A stretch of 64,000 nucleotides of DNA, taken from contig CM060734.1 of NCBI GenBank assembly GCA_030704615.1, positions 8,556,001 through 8,620,000 of the forward strand. The letters are read 5' to 3'. This DNA comes from Takakia lepidozioides (taxonomy: Eukaryota; Plantae; Bryophyta). Shown in pieces: positions 38,495 to 51,339 of this stretch. Under the pieces are notes generated by a model that saw nothing but the letters and a program-made list of their open reading frames with translations, made no database searches and had not been told where the DNA came from. Position numbers and translations under genes: made by a program. Position 1 is the first letter of the stretch, and the number at the start of each line of letters is the position of its first letter.

Positions 38495-41400
38495 TTTCTT
38501 TTTTCTTTTTTTTTTCTTTTGGGGACAGTGGCCCTGTTTCAATCTTTATTGGAGAGTGTCGAGGAAAAAATAACCTCGATAAGAACACCATAGAGGCAGA
38601 AAAAGGAGTCACCGCCCCAAGAACCAAAAAACTGAATAAGGCCCGCTGCAGTAAGGAAGCTACAACGGGAAGCCGGAGAACTAAGAGAGCAGGGCCTGCG
38701 AAGGGATTCCTGTTGCAGAGAAGTGAAATCTGCCTAACAGGAAGTACATCATCAGAGAGAAGAATCGCTAGAGAAGAGAAAAGAGATTAGAAAGCAGAGC
38801 TAAAGGCTTCCTCTCTTCCTTTTCGAAGTCTCGAAGGATAACTGAGCTTTGGGCTTTCCCTTTCTGAAGCTACGATTGTGCCTCCAGTTAACGTCCGCGT
38901 CCTCACCCTCAGCAGGGGATTGCATCGCGCTAGCAGAACTCCCAGCATGCCGGGAGGTGGTCGTACCAGACAATCTTTGAATCAGAAATTCGGGTGCAGA
39001 TCCAGCTTCCTTTTCCCCAAGTGTTGTCAAAATCAGCAAGAAGCTGTTGTCGCCTTCCTTCAGAGCATCTGGGAAGCGCTGCACATAAAACTCGCCAAAC
39101 CTTACGAGCTTCAGACAAGGTGTCTGAGTGAACCCCGAACAAAACAGCCCTAACACTTGGCTGCGCACCTTCGTACACCCTTGAACATCTACCCTTCCAA
39201 ATGTTCCATAAGACGTGGCCTCTAATAGTGGCCCACATTGGACAATGAGACCACATCTGGCCCCTATGGAAATTTAAAAGCAAGAGAGGAGGTGAGAGGG
39301 GGAGCCCAGGCTTCCATGCAGAAGTAAACTTAGCAACAGCAGCCCACACTGCCATGGCGAATCTGCAGGTTACCAAACAATGCTCGATTGTCTCGCTGCA
39401 CGGTGAGTCACAAATAGGGCAAGGGGAGGGAGAGTCTGAGGAGAAGGAGAGAACTGGAAGTATCCAATTGACCAGTTTCCAAAGAAAACTATTTATCTTG
39501 GTCGCCCTGTGTTTCCTCCATACGTCAACCCAGATAGACTTCCAATCCTGTGGGATGTCAGCAAGGTGTCTCCACTTTTTAACCCATTTGGCAGTGAACA
39601 TGAGGGGGGGGGTTGAGAAGAGAATACTCCAACTTCACCGTACTGTTGTTTTCTAGACATCCACCCCCATTCTGCTGGGTCAAATTGAAGAAGCTTTAAG
39701 GGAGCAGAGAGAAACCAACGGAAAGAGGAGGAGTAATGGGTAATAATAGGAGGGGCAGGGTCAACATTTCCACTTTGCAAACAGAATACCCGAATTGGGT
39801 AATGCATAGATTCAAGAGAGGAAGAGAGCATGGGGTAGAGTAAGGTACCATTGTGGGTGGCAACAAATTTCCAGCCACTAACCATGTCTCCATGCCGAGA
39901 GATAGCATAGAAGGCAAAGAGCACCGAATTCTCAGATCCCCCCAACCAAGTGGGCGGAGAGCGGAGATTACCAGGGAGAGAACAGAGGGAGATCCATCTC
40001 GGAGGAATTTGAGAGACAATCATGTCAAAAGAGAGGGTCTGCGAGCGGATATAGAACCAGAGACTTCAGACAAAGAAATGAAGTCATCAGTGTTCCAAAT
40101 GTGAGAGAAGTGAGAGAACCCCCCTTGCTCCCAAAAGGACCACTTTCTGTGACAAGGGAGCAAAACTTCTGAATCCGAGTTATAATTGGCAAAGAGAGGC
40201 TGTCGAAGAGCTTCTTCAGCATTACCTGGCATACGTTGAAATAGCTGAGATCTCATCTTAACCCATGCAGCCCAGATGGACTACCACGCCTTGGAACCGA
40301 GAGATCTACATGTAAGTGACCTTTTACCTTGTACTATCCAACGAAGGGATTGAAGCCATGGGCCCGAATTGGGGCTGGCATCAGTAATGTGCCGACGAAC
40401 CAACAGGCTCCAGGGAGAGGAGATGTGCGTGAGCACCCTAGGAACCCACTTTGCCAAGAGCGTTGTAATCTGCGATAGTGGGTCAATCAAGCCCAACCCT
40501 CCATATTTCTTTTTTTGGGTAACTTGGGCCCAAGAGACAAGAGAACGCCTGTTGGGGGAAGCTGGGGTAGCACCCCAAAGGAAGTTTCTTACCATGGCCT
40601 TAATTTGTTTGATGATGGCGGATCCCGGAGACCAAACGGAAGCAGAGAACCAAGAGCAGGCAAGAATTACTTGATTAGCGATTAAGGCCCTCCCTGCAAT
40701 GGATAAATGCTTCGAGCTCCAATAGGAGAGGTGCTTCCTGATCTTAGCTAACACAGCCTCACATCTTTGCAAGTCGGAGAGACCATGGCCTACAAGATGA
40801 CCTAGGAGGTTGTGGGCCTGCCCATCCTGGAGCCATCTGAGGCCAATATCCTCTCCCCAAGAGTCACAATGTGTAGCTATTGCAGAAGGAAGAAGCTTGG
40901 ATAAGATTGCCACCGTTTTTGACCAGTTCACCTTAAGACCAAAGGCAGTGCAGAAGGAATCAAGCGCATCTAGAGCAGAGGCAACATTGGAGGAGGAGGA
41001 ATTGTCAATGAGTAACGTCGTATCATCAGCATAGAGAGAAGATTTGATAGAGGAGGGAGGTGGAAGAGAGCGGGGGATTTTAAGCCCTTGAATAGCTGGG
41101 TTGCTGTCAAGGAGATGACTCAAAGCGTCAGCAGCAAACAAGAAAAGGAAAGGAGAGAGCGGACAACCTTGACGAACTGATCTAAAGAGCGGGAAGAAGG
41201 TAGAGAGGGCACCGTTAAGAACCACCTTACTCGAGGCAGAGGAGAGAAGAATAGAAACCCAAGATAGGAAGTTCCCCTCGATACCGGAGTTGCGCAGAGC
41301 ACCAAACAAAAAAGGCGAGTCGACATTGTCAAAAGCCTTTTCAAAATCCAGCATAAGCAAGGCCAGGGGCTGGTTGGACTCCTGCGCAGAGAAGAGAGCC

Positions 41401-42833
41401 TCGTTTGCCAGTAACACATTGTCCAAAATCATCCGGTTCTTCATAAAGCCAGACTGCTCTGGGCGATTTGTGAAGAAGAGGCTGCAGACGTAAGGCCAGC
41501 GCTTTTGCTATTATCTTATAGGAGGAATTCAAAAGCGTGATCGGCCGGTAATTGGTGATGCAATCTCTGTCATCTTTTTAAAAAATCAAGGTGATGACTC
41601 CTTGAGATATTTGAGAAGGCATTATCCCTTTCTCAAGGATATCATTCGCCATATTGAGAAGGTCATCCCCCACAGTCCCCCATAATACTTTGAAGAACTC
41701 AACCGGTAATCCGTCTAAGCCCGGCGATTTATTGGAGCTAAGAGCTTCAGTCGCCAATAAGAGCAGGGGGCATTCAGACTCAAAAGATCATCCGGAGACA
41801 GAACTTTCGGGACACATGCCAGGACTTTACTCCTATGCAACCTCATATTTGGGGAATCCACTCTCTTCCCAAATAGGTCTGTAAAGTAAGAGGCCGCCAC
41901 AGAGGCCATAGATTTAGGAGAGGTGTGAAGCTCATTCGAGGAGTCCCTTAAAGAACAGATAGATGTGGCAGTCTGCCTCTGTTTGACTTTCTGAAAAAAG
42001 TAAGCCGTCATTTTTTCCCCCTTCAATGACCAATTTACCCCGGCTTTCCTTTTAAGGTTGAGCTCCTTCTAGCTACGCAACTCAGCAAGGTTTCTTTTTG
42101 CGGTATTGAAGGACTCAAAAAGTGACAGGACCCACTTCACCATTCTCAATCAACCATTGGCAATGCGAGATGCATTTGATGAGAGCTCTGTCCCTCTCAG
42201 CCCTACTTAAAGCAAGGGCCTTTGAGAGGGATTGAGCCGCTTTCCTATCAGCGGAAATCTTTTCAAGAAACTTGACCGTAGGAGAAGAGGCGGAGACCCC
42301 TGCTTCTTTCCACACCGAGGCAAGGTTCAAAACCATGGCGGGGATAGAGAGCAGAGAGGGGTTTAACTTAAAAAAACTACGACCCTTGGCATGAAGCCGT
42401 GGAGGCCTGAATTCAGCTGAGATTAGCGCGTGATCAAAATCAGGGAGGATGGGAGGAAGAGGTACAGGCTTGCCCATGCTGCAGAGATAGGAGAACAGTA
42501 AATCCTATCGAGCCTAGCCATGCAAAGATCAGAAGCATCACGGTTATTGGTCCAAGTATATCTGAGAGCCCTCTGCTCTGGAACAAAAATATCAGATAGA
42601 CCAACTGAAAAACATAGCCTGTCCCAGGCAGCAAGCTCATCACCAGAGATAGAATGAGAAGAGGACCCACGACAGTCACTAGAAGACTCTACCATATTAA
42701 AATCCCCAGCAAGAACCCAAGTGGATACCAGAAGACTCTACCATATTAAAATCCCCAGCAAGAACCCAAGTGGATACCAGCGGACATTGAAGGATCTTAG
42801 AGTGGAGCAAGGTCCAAAGCTCAATGCGCTAGG
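38495..42833 (-). mobile_element. L1/Tx1-clade LINE, 3' portion of ORF2 to the poly(A) tail
   Basis: Endonuclease C-half (WVLAGDFN, RLDR.Y, DH), RT (LDFEKAFD, SVRQGCPLSP, YADD) and zf-RVT (CPIC..ETIEH...C). AATAAA and an A-rich tail at ~38495-38550. A 49-bp tandem duplication lies at 42681-42780. Confidence 0.9.
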
Positions 42834-45800
42834 CACTAGTATAGATTAACGTTTTTATGACTACGGATATAATTGTACATTTGCAGTGATAAGTGCTTTT
42901 ATGACTACCTCACTCTGCGAGGCCTCTCCATGACATGGGATACTTGGGATTTGACATATGTATTCATCTCCATATGGTGCAGTGGACTACACAATTGCAC
43001 GACTACATGTCATGACTACCATGATAACTACATTACTACATAAGTCCGCCTACATGGATAGTCGTCTGTGTGACACGCGTAATTCCTCTGCTATGACACG
43101 TGTCCAAATCATGAGATGGAGTGTAGCGATGTATTCGTAACTTTATGACTACATGACTACATTGTGTGACTACATTGATGACTACATAACTACTCAGTAC
43201 ATCGCTGAGGATGACATGTGGCACATTTCCTGAATACATGTATGACTACATTACTATGGGTGTGACTATATCGCTACAACACTAAATATGTCACGTGGTC
43301 TTGTTGGCGATGTGTGAATGACACGTGTTGGTCATGTAGATTTTAAAATCTGTTACATATTATTCAATTTCAAATGACTAATTTAAATAATAAATTAAAA
43401 TAAATTAATATGAAATCTAAACAAACCATGTGGAGCTCTCATACGCACAACAATTGGCAAAGCAATTGGCCCTCTATACCAAGACACACACCCCTTCTGG
43501 AGGGAAGGAGAGCCTGCATTAATCTTCCAATGACCAAAGAGTGGACCCCCAACCCTGCTGGCAGTTGCAAAGAGTGACAAAGAAAGATTCTACCACCAAC
43601 CCTGTTGCATAGACTGACAGAAGCAACAATATGATACAGTCTGAAAGACAACTACAATCAAACATGCCATCCATAGAAACAGCAATACACAACCACATGT
43701 AGAATAAAAACTATAATCAATTCTAAAAGAAGAATTAATCAGTTCAGAGTTTTGTTCGCGGGAAAAGCACACAACAGCAATGAAATAGTGACTATAAGTT
43801 GCTCGATACCACTTAATTCCCTCTCTCAAGTGGTCTTTACAACCAATCGTCTTCATCCAACTCAATTAAAGATCTCCCAGACCCAAAGTTATCACACTAA
43901 TTCTGGGTATCCTTCAAAGAGACGATACCAAATTTCTACCCAGTTATGTCTCCGATAGCACTCTTTATATTAAATTGACAAATCTTTATACCAGGCCCTA
44001 CCCACAAGCTGTAGCTTTAATATCTCTAAATCACTACAATATAGCTTCTTGAATATCCCAATTGATATATCATTTGATAGACCAGTAATTAATGCCTGAA
44101 TAATATTATCATTTCCATCATTGATACACATTCTCACTATTTCAAATAGATCATTGAACTTCAACACTTCATTAATAAAACATTCCACATTTTTATTGTC
44201 CTTCAATCAGAGAATACAGATTCAACTTCTCTCTCTTTTCCTTCTTCAATGTCAAATACATAATTGCAGAATTAAACTACAATCGAGGAATAAATCTATC
44301 GGTCTATTTCTATACTACACTTTGACATACTCCCACACACACACACTATCTCCCTCTATATGGCCGCGACTCTTTGGCTCAACTGGCATCGATTACTTCC
44401 ACAGATGCTCATTTATAGCAGAATTGCCCAACATCTATTGTAACCGCTTCTAAGTCCTTCTATTCATCCAAAGATTTCATCCATTACTTACATCTGATAT
44501 CAAATAGAATCAAGTCATCCGACATTACAAAGTATCGAGAAGAACCGTCCTATCGCGATTGTATCGATGGTATTACGAAGTATATCAGCCGCTAATACAC
44601 TAAAAAGTCATAAGATTAAAACTTAACTAAAAATTTCTATTATTCTACATAGTCCCACTCCTAGTTGTGCAGCGTCCCCGCAAACAATAGTACCGTGCTC
44701 CTAAGTCTTAGGCCTCTTATGCCGTCCATCAGACTCCTGCAATCGACGACGGTCTGCACGCTCATCGGCCTCCCACTGTCCCTTTTTTAATGCAATGTAG
44801 GGATGATATCGCGCAGGTCCCCAGTCATCATAAATGGTCGAATCCATGTTCTGTAGAAACCCTGTCAGGCACATCAATTCAAATACCCTGATCGTTCTGG
44901 CTGGATGATGCAGCAGCTTGGCCACAAGCCCGAACTCATACCCTCCCAATATAGGCATATTGGCATCGATAGCAAAGTGAAAATGAATGCACCACCTCGC
45001 CAATACTCCACAAAAGATCGACGCCATGAAACACAATGGATCATAATGAGAGCTATTTCTGATCGCCGATAATGTCCAGACATAGGCAGCTCCGTGCAAA
45101 TCTTGTCCATCTGTGCCTGCACGACACCTGCGATAGGCCCTATCGATCATGGACTGAAACTTTTCCTTATCCAACACAATAGCCATAAGTGGCTGCACCA
45201 TTTCCAAATAACTGCTCTTGAGTACTTCTCTTCAGGCAATGGGCGTGCATTGAGGAACCCGCAAGATGGTAGACGATTCCATGACCGATTGTCAGCCTGG
45301 CGTCCCCGATAGGTATCCAACCTTTTCTCCAACTGCTGGTAGTACAGGAAACAACGGCTGGCAGGATCGCCCACTGTAAAAAGAAATTGGTCTGGATTGG
45401 CTGCCTCCAGATCCCCTCTTATAACCATTTCCACTGCCAAGTTCTCCAAATGATGCGTACACATAAACTCCCAGTCCTCTTCAAAATCTATGGGCTCCTC
45501 TGCCCCATTGAGAGCTGCTTTCAGGATATCGCTATCATACAAATACCCCTGACTAAGGCTATCGGCATGACAGATACACCCAATACACAAGGATATGGCT
45601 CCCCAACAAATATGGAGCTTGCACCGAAACATCCATCAATCGTTCTAACTCCTCCAATTGAGCAGTTGCTGCATTCTGCAAGGTCGCAAATTCTGCCTCT
45701 GCCATAGCCTCATACTTGTCCAAATCGGCCTCCGACTTCGCATATCACTCCTTAGGATCCATCATGGTAGGAGGTCGCTTCTCCAGTTCAGCCTTCTGCT

Positions 45801-47560
45801 CCAGAGCCTCTGCTTTTTCAATTCTGCAATTCGAGCATCCTTGTGCTGCGATCGTTATGTCTGCATCGCAATAAGTGCATCTTTCTCTGCAATAGTCCTA
45901 ACATACCGAGCGTCCCATGTCTTCCATTGCTCTCTCAATTTCTCAACCTCCTTGGAATCTGCCTCTATCTTTTTTTTCAACTCATCCCAGCCTTTCTGCA
46001 ATTGTTGATTGTGCGATAGAGCTGCGGCATGGCTAACTCGCAAATCGATCAATTCTTTGTGCACATCCTCAATATCGATGGCCTCTGCTGCCACCACTTG
46101 CAGGCCTGCGACTAAATCACGGAGTCTGGCTGAAAAAGAAGGATTTGTCTGGCTTGCTACATCATTTCCCTTTGATAGAACCATCGCATTACCCACATTG
46201 GTTGTCGCTGTCTCTATCGCTGCAGCCTTCTCTCCAGCAGCGCTACTTTCTGCCTTCACTTTTTCTGGTGCATTAAGGTCCTCAATAGGGAGTGGTACTA
46301 CCAATTGATGACTAAGAATCATAGACAAATAAGTTGCAGACAGCAAACCAGATCGGTTTTTCCAGCTCTCCTCTTAGCCAGCATCTCTTCATGGATCTTC
46401 CCACACAAGAATTCGGCCCAATTGATACGCAATCCTTGAAAGCTCGCCACCATAGAATTCAATTAAGTCTTAGCCACGTATGTGGCCACCTTCTTCAAAA
46501 CTAATCGACTGACCGCAAATTTCAACCATTCCATCAAATCGGGTCTCTTCACCTTCTGAGGTGTCCACCCACCACTCGAATTGAAAGCAGTGGGACCTCG
46601 TGAAGTTATCGTTTGTATTAAAACTTGCGTCTTTAAAACCATCGACCTCCTGCTCTGCTCCAGGGAATCGTAAAACCTCTGTAATTGTCTGCGCATCAAC
46701 CACAATATCCACTCCATTGACTATTCCACTTCTCCTGAGAGGATCACATGAACCGTAGTACTGCATAACCACTGCCATGAGCGGTTTCGGCAAATCGTTC
46801 GACAAAACGAGGAAGTCATATATTCCTGCTTCCCTCCACTTCCTCTGCTCTCCATCGCCCAAAACTAAGGGAGTGTCACAAAGCTTCATGTCTGCCCCTA
46901 TCATAGAAAGCGACAATTTGTTGCTCTTCGATCGTCCCATTGTGCACACGCGGATACAACAATCGCTCTTTCTCACAACCCTCACAGCACTTGAAAAATG
47001 CCAAGCCCGTCACTTACACTCTCAAGACACGCGAGCAAAGAATGAAAGTCGAAAAACGATGACGCCTCAATGACAGTAGCGGCCCCACTCCTATCCATAA
47101 ACCTAACAGCTGTCACTATCTGGTGCAATCTTCAGTCCGTAATTAATACTCCTAACCATCTCTCATAACTGTCATTTCTTTCTCTGCCGGCTGAACCGTA
47201 CGGCACCACTAACCATTCATGATGACACTGTACCATTTCTGTTTTTGTAAATGACCCTCCCCCCACTTAACCTAGATTCTGCCCTTACAATCGGTTGATG
47301 GGGTTGAGCGGGAAGAACATGAGGGACAAGCAATAGGATGGAGATCCGGCAGGCAACAAAGAGGGGGCTCATTCCCAAGAGGCCTCCCACCTGTTCGTAG
47401 GTATGCTATCTAAATATTCGTCTCTTGTCTTTCCATTCTATTTTTCTCCCCCATGTATAAGCTTCTTCATGCATGCTTTCATGTATATGAAGAACTAATA
47501 AAATGAGGATGAAGCTAGATTAAGCTGGTACTACAAGAAATTCCACTCTGACTGGAATTC
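42834..47560. mobile_element. CACTA-like element (one end) with degenerate internal ORFs
   Basis: Starts CACTAG exactly where the L1 breaks, followed by many atgactac subterminal repeats (42850-43380). Minus-strand ORF remnants at 43590-46985. The second end was not found, so the right boundary is approximate. Confidence 0.55.
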
Positions 47561-47569
47561 CTGCTTCTC

Positions 47570-48265
47570 CACTCTTTCTTCTCTCTTGCTATTAAATGTC
47601 TCTCCTCTTGTTATTTGGAGCCACTGGCCTCTGTGGGCAGCCCTTCGTACTCCCACTTTATGGAATATATGGAAATCTAGGTGTTCCTCGGTGTATGATG
47701 GGAGGGCAGTTGCAGCCTACGGTGGACCAAAAATGTTGTCACAACACTGTTTTTTGGGACCTTGATTAGTTGTAAATTATCATACTCCTAAATGGCAATG
47801 TTGATAGTGAAAAAGGACTAAGCTATGAATAAAGTCTTTAATGGTCAATAACAGACGGTTGAGATCGTAAATTGAAGCGAATCCAATGGTTGAGGATTCG
47901 CCACAACCCCCTTTATGTATTTTTAGGGACTCATGGTGTTTCTCATTTTGGTACACCGTAGGCTGCAACTACCCGGGAACACTCCATGTGCTAGGGTTAT
48001 TTTGTGTAGAATTCACTCGGACCTTTTGTCTAAAGCCAGGAAAACCTGGTTTGTGCTTTGTGCAGCTGTTCCCAAATGTTCACAAAGGAGGAAACTGCAA
48101 CTACTCACTGCTTTTGACAACACCTGGGCTAAGGGCGGCAAACTCTACTCCAGATCCTATAATTCCATTATTAACTGGAACGACAACCTCCCTGCTAGCT
48201 GGAACCTCTGCTAGCGCTCGCTCGTCCCCCACCGATGGGGAAGAGTCTGATGCCAATTGGAGGCA
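47570..48265 (+). mobile_element. L1 3' fragment related to 38870-39300
   Basis: LWNIWKSRCSSVYDGNTPCARVIL...FDNTWAKG...WNDNLPASW aligns with the zf-RVT tail of the minus-strand L1. Confidence 0.8.
47704..47974. mobile_element. 271-bp MITE with ~30-bp TIRs and a 4-bp TSD (Sola2-like)
   Basis: TIRs gggcagttgcagcctacggtggaccaaaaatg / cattttggtacaccgtaggctgcaactaccc. TSD GGGA at 47700-47703 and 47975-47978. Removing it restores the host L1 reading frame. Confidence 0.88.
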
Positions 48266-48269
48266 GAAG

Positions 48270-48655
48270 AACACGAGCTCACACGAGCTCACACAAACTA
48301 ATGCATATATAAAATCATCACTCAGATACAGTCAAGCCAAGTGCACCCCATGTCATAGGGAATCTACACTACGACGCCATAGCTAGACGCCGTGGCTCAA
48401 CTCGAGAAACATGAGCCTCCTCGCGCTTGCCGTGGAGATAACCACTCCAGGGGCCTAAACATGCTTTGACCCCTAGATTGACACTTCGGCCAAGTATCAA
48501 TATATAAAACTAGTTATTTCGTAGCTACTTTCACAATGGTGGTAAATTAACTTGACAGCTGTCGTGCGCATACATATCACTACACAACTACATCGTTGTC
48601 CACATCACACAACACATATGCACACCACACACACTAGTTTGTCACTAGTCTACCA
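48270..48655 (-). mobile_element. Diverged LTR remnant of the Gypsy family at 54002-62150
   Basis: Shares ggctcaactcgaga and ttaacttgacagctgtcgtgcgcatacatatc.ctacacaactacatcg with 54002-54436. Confidence 0.75.
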
Positions 48656-48659
48656 CTAG

Positions 48660-50050
48660 CACTACAACGGTCGGGTTGGGGAAGGGGGTGTAGCGACGGC
48701 CCAACGACGGCCCAAGCGACGCTAATCGTGTATTTTCGGGCCGGTGGAAATAAAAAATCTGCAACACCCCTGCCTTCACATATGCGTCGCTATGGAGGAG
48801 TTGCAGATTGCGGACTTAAGGCGACGTGGGGGGGGGGTCGTAGATTGTGCCACCCAGGAGTCCCAGCTTTGCGACGCTCCTGGCGTCGGTTATACATGCA
48901 ACGTCTTAGGCGTCGCATGTGGTGGGAGCCTGCGGTGCCCGACCGGTGACGCGAACAACGTCGCATTCCAGAGCGACGCCCTATGCGTCGCCCCTCCACT
49001 GCGTCGTCGTTTCCGTGCGACGGTTTTTATTTGAAGTTTTTAAATAATTACTGTTAATTATAAATTGTTCTTGTTTAATCCATTTCGTGCGACGTCCTGT
49101 GCATTGCAGTAAAACTGCGACGTTTTTCACTTTTTTTTTTAAATTAGACATTTTCTTTTTCGAAGTGCCCGCGTCTGCGACGTCTTTCGAGTAATAGCAA
49201 TTTTTATTTTTTTTCCCTTTGGGGTTATTGTAATTGTTTTTATGCCCCGCCTACGACGTCAGGGGTGTCGCGGGCATCGCAGTAAAACTGCGACGCTTTT
49301 GGGGGCCCCAATATGTGCCCCTATGTGCGACGACAGAGACGTCACATTCAATCTGCGACGATTTTATTCAAATTGAATTTTAGGGGGCCCCAATTTGCGA
49401 CGCCTTGGGCGTCGGAGTAAACCTGCGACGGTTTTGTTTTAAAAAATATATTAGGGTGGCCCCCATCTGCGACGCCCTGGGCGTCGCATTAAACCTGCGA
49501 CGCTTTTTTTCTAGATTTTTAGGGCGGCCCCCAGATTTGCGACGCCTGGGAGGTCGCACCAGGGTTTGAGGCCCGGATTAGGATTGGGAGTTTAGGGTTA
49601 GGTTTAGGTTTAGGGAATTTGGGGATTGTCCACATTTAGTTTAAATCAAGACTGAATGAAAGAGCACACATCATGCGCATGCGTATATACGTATATACTT
49701 GAAAATTGACCTCAAAGGTCATGTACATCATCCCTACTACTCACCCTGGCCCTCCGAACTCCCGGGCTAGATCCCTCATTAGCTGCGTCACCGTCGTCAT
49801 CGCCGTCGTCATCACCATCACCGTCGGTCTCAGTCTCACTCACATGACTATCATCACTCTCACTACCCTCACTATCGCCACTCTCATCATCGTGGTTCTC
49901 CCCGTCATCACCCTCAACACCTGGCTAAACCTGCAAAGACAACCTCTTCCTCCTCCTCCTGTTCTTGAGCATCTTACATGCCTTCATGCGTGTAACGAGG
50001 CCAACATACCCATGGATCTTGGCATACTCCACCTCCTCAACGGAGGGATG
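48660..50050. mobile_element. CACTA element end with subterminal repeats
   Basis: Starts CACTAC, followed by many direct and inverted tgcgacg/cgtcgca motifs to ~49560, then an acidic ORF remnant on minus. Confidence 0.65.
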
Positions 50051-50823
50051 TCTTGCATACCTTTTTGTCTACACATGAATACAAACAAATAAAATTTACG
50101 CATTAGAAAGAGAGAGAGAAGATTAGCGAAGACATACACGAAGAAAAAAACAAATAAACAAAATCGATAGGGAATGAAGATCTTACAAAGCGGGCGGCGA
50201 ACGATTTGGCTCCTCCCGGGCTAAATTTGTGCGTGGAATCCCCCTTCTCTAGGCGAAAGGTGGCTGCCTCACGACCCGAGCAAACCTCGGCTTTTTTTCC
50301 CATCAGTCTCCTCGGCAATGGGACCTCCCACGACTCCTAGGCATCTGGCTTTTTAGGTTACCAGGCGGTGTCCCCCTTCTCAGTCTCCATGGCCTGTCAT
50401 GTGAGGTTATTTTTTCCTCATCATCCATATATCTAGCCTATCTCAGGCCCTCTTCTGAAAAGTAAAAAATAAAAAATAAATTCCAGATCAGGATTATAGA
50501 CATGTTCCAAAGGTCAGATTTTTTGGATTGATTTGGATCAGAAGTAATGGCCATTTGTGTTGCAGTAGGTCATGTTGGTGTTTATGAATATGAAATTAAT
50601 CCAAAAGGCAAAGTACAGATGAGCGAGGAAAAAATAACCTTGAAATGCCAAGAGGGGATACCACCCCGGAACCCGAACTAAAAACCAGGCCTAAAGAAAG
50701 ATACGAAAGGAGGGTGGTGTAAAGAGTGGACAAAGAACTACTTGGAGGCATAAAAAAGTTGGGCCTTAATCTTTGTTACGACCCTTTTTGTGCCTCCAAT
50801 TAACCTCCCTATCATCATCCCTA

Positions 50824-51198
50824 TCAATACATGAATCGAGACGTTCGTTTTGTTTTGTTTGTTTGATTTGTAGAGTTGCGATGTCCCAAACTGCTGGGCC
50901 CCACCTGAGTGCTTGGTACCGTTGGAAAGCCCTCCATGAGGACAGGTGCACCGACTTGGTCTCATGATTTTTGGACCAGTGGTGTGGGAGATGTTGAATT
51001 TCAAGTAGTTTTGGTCTCTGGAAATTCACAAAAAATAGCAAAGTGGGCTTTCCTGGGACAATGACCGGAGCCTCGACATGAGAGATATCAATGAAAATGT
51101 CTTCGGTTCAAATCAAGTCGTGGTCCTGTTAAAAATGATTAGACTTGGATTACTTAGATGACATTGGACACTTGGGCCAACGGCACAGGCTACCCTAG
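50824..51198 (+). mobile_element. Complete 375-bp non-autonomous Helitron (same family as 9392-11322)
   Basis: A|TCAATAC...tgggccaacggcaca (hairpin) ggctaccCTAG|T, with no TSD. Reverse-complement homology to ~10700-11080. Confidence 0.78.
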
Positions 51199-51339
51199 TG
51201 AGTTATAGGGCCTCCGTCTCCTTTCTTTTAAAAAAAGAAAGCAAAAAAGAAAGCAAAAAAGAAAGAAAATTGGGAAGCAAAAACTGCTAATAAGGCAGTT
51301 ATGGGATGAAGGAAAAAAAAAATTTCTTCCTTCCTCCCA

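Noticed and set aside
49590-49615. Telomere-like TTTAGGG tract
   Set aside because: Only a few degenerate units inside a transposon subterminal region.
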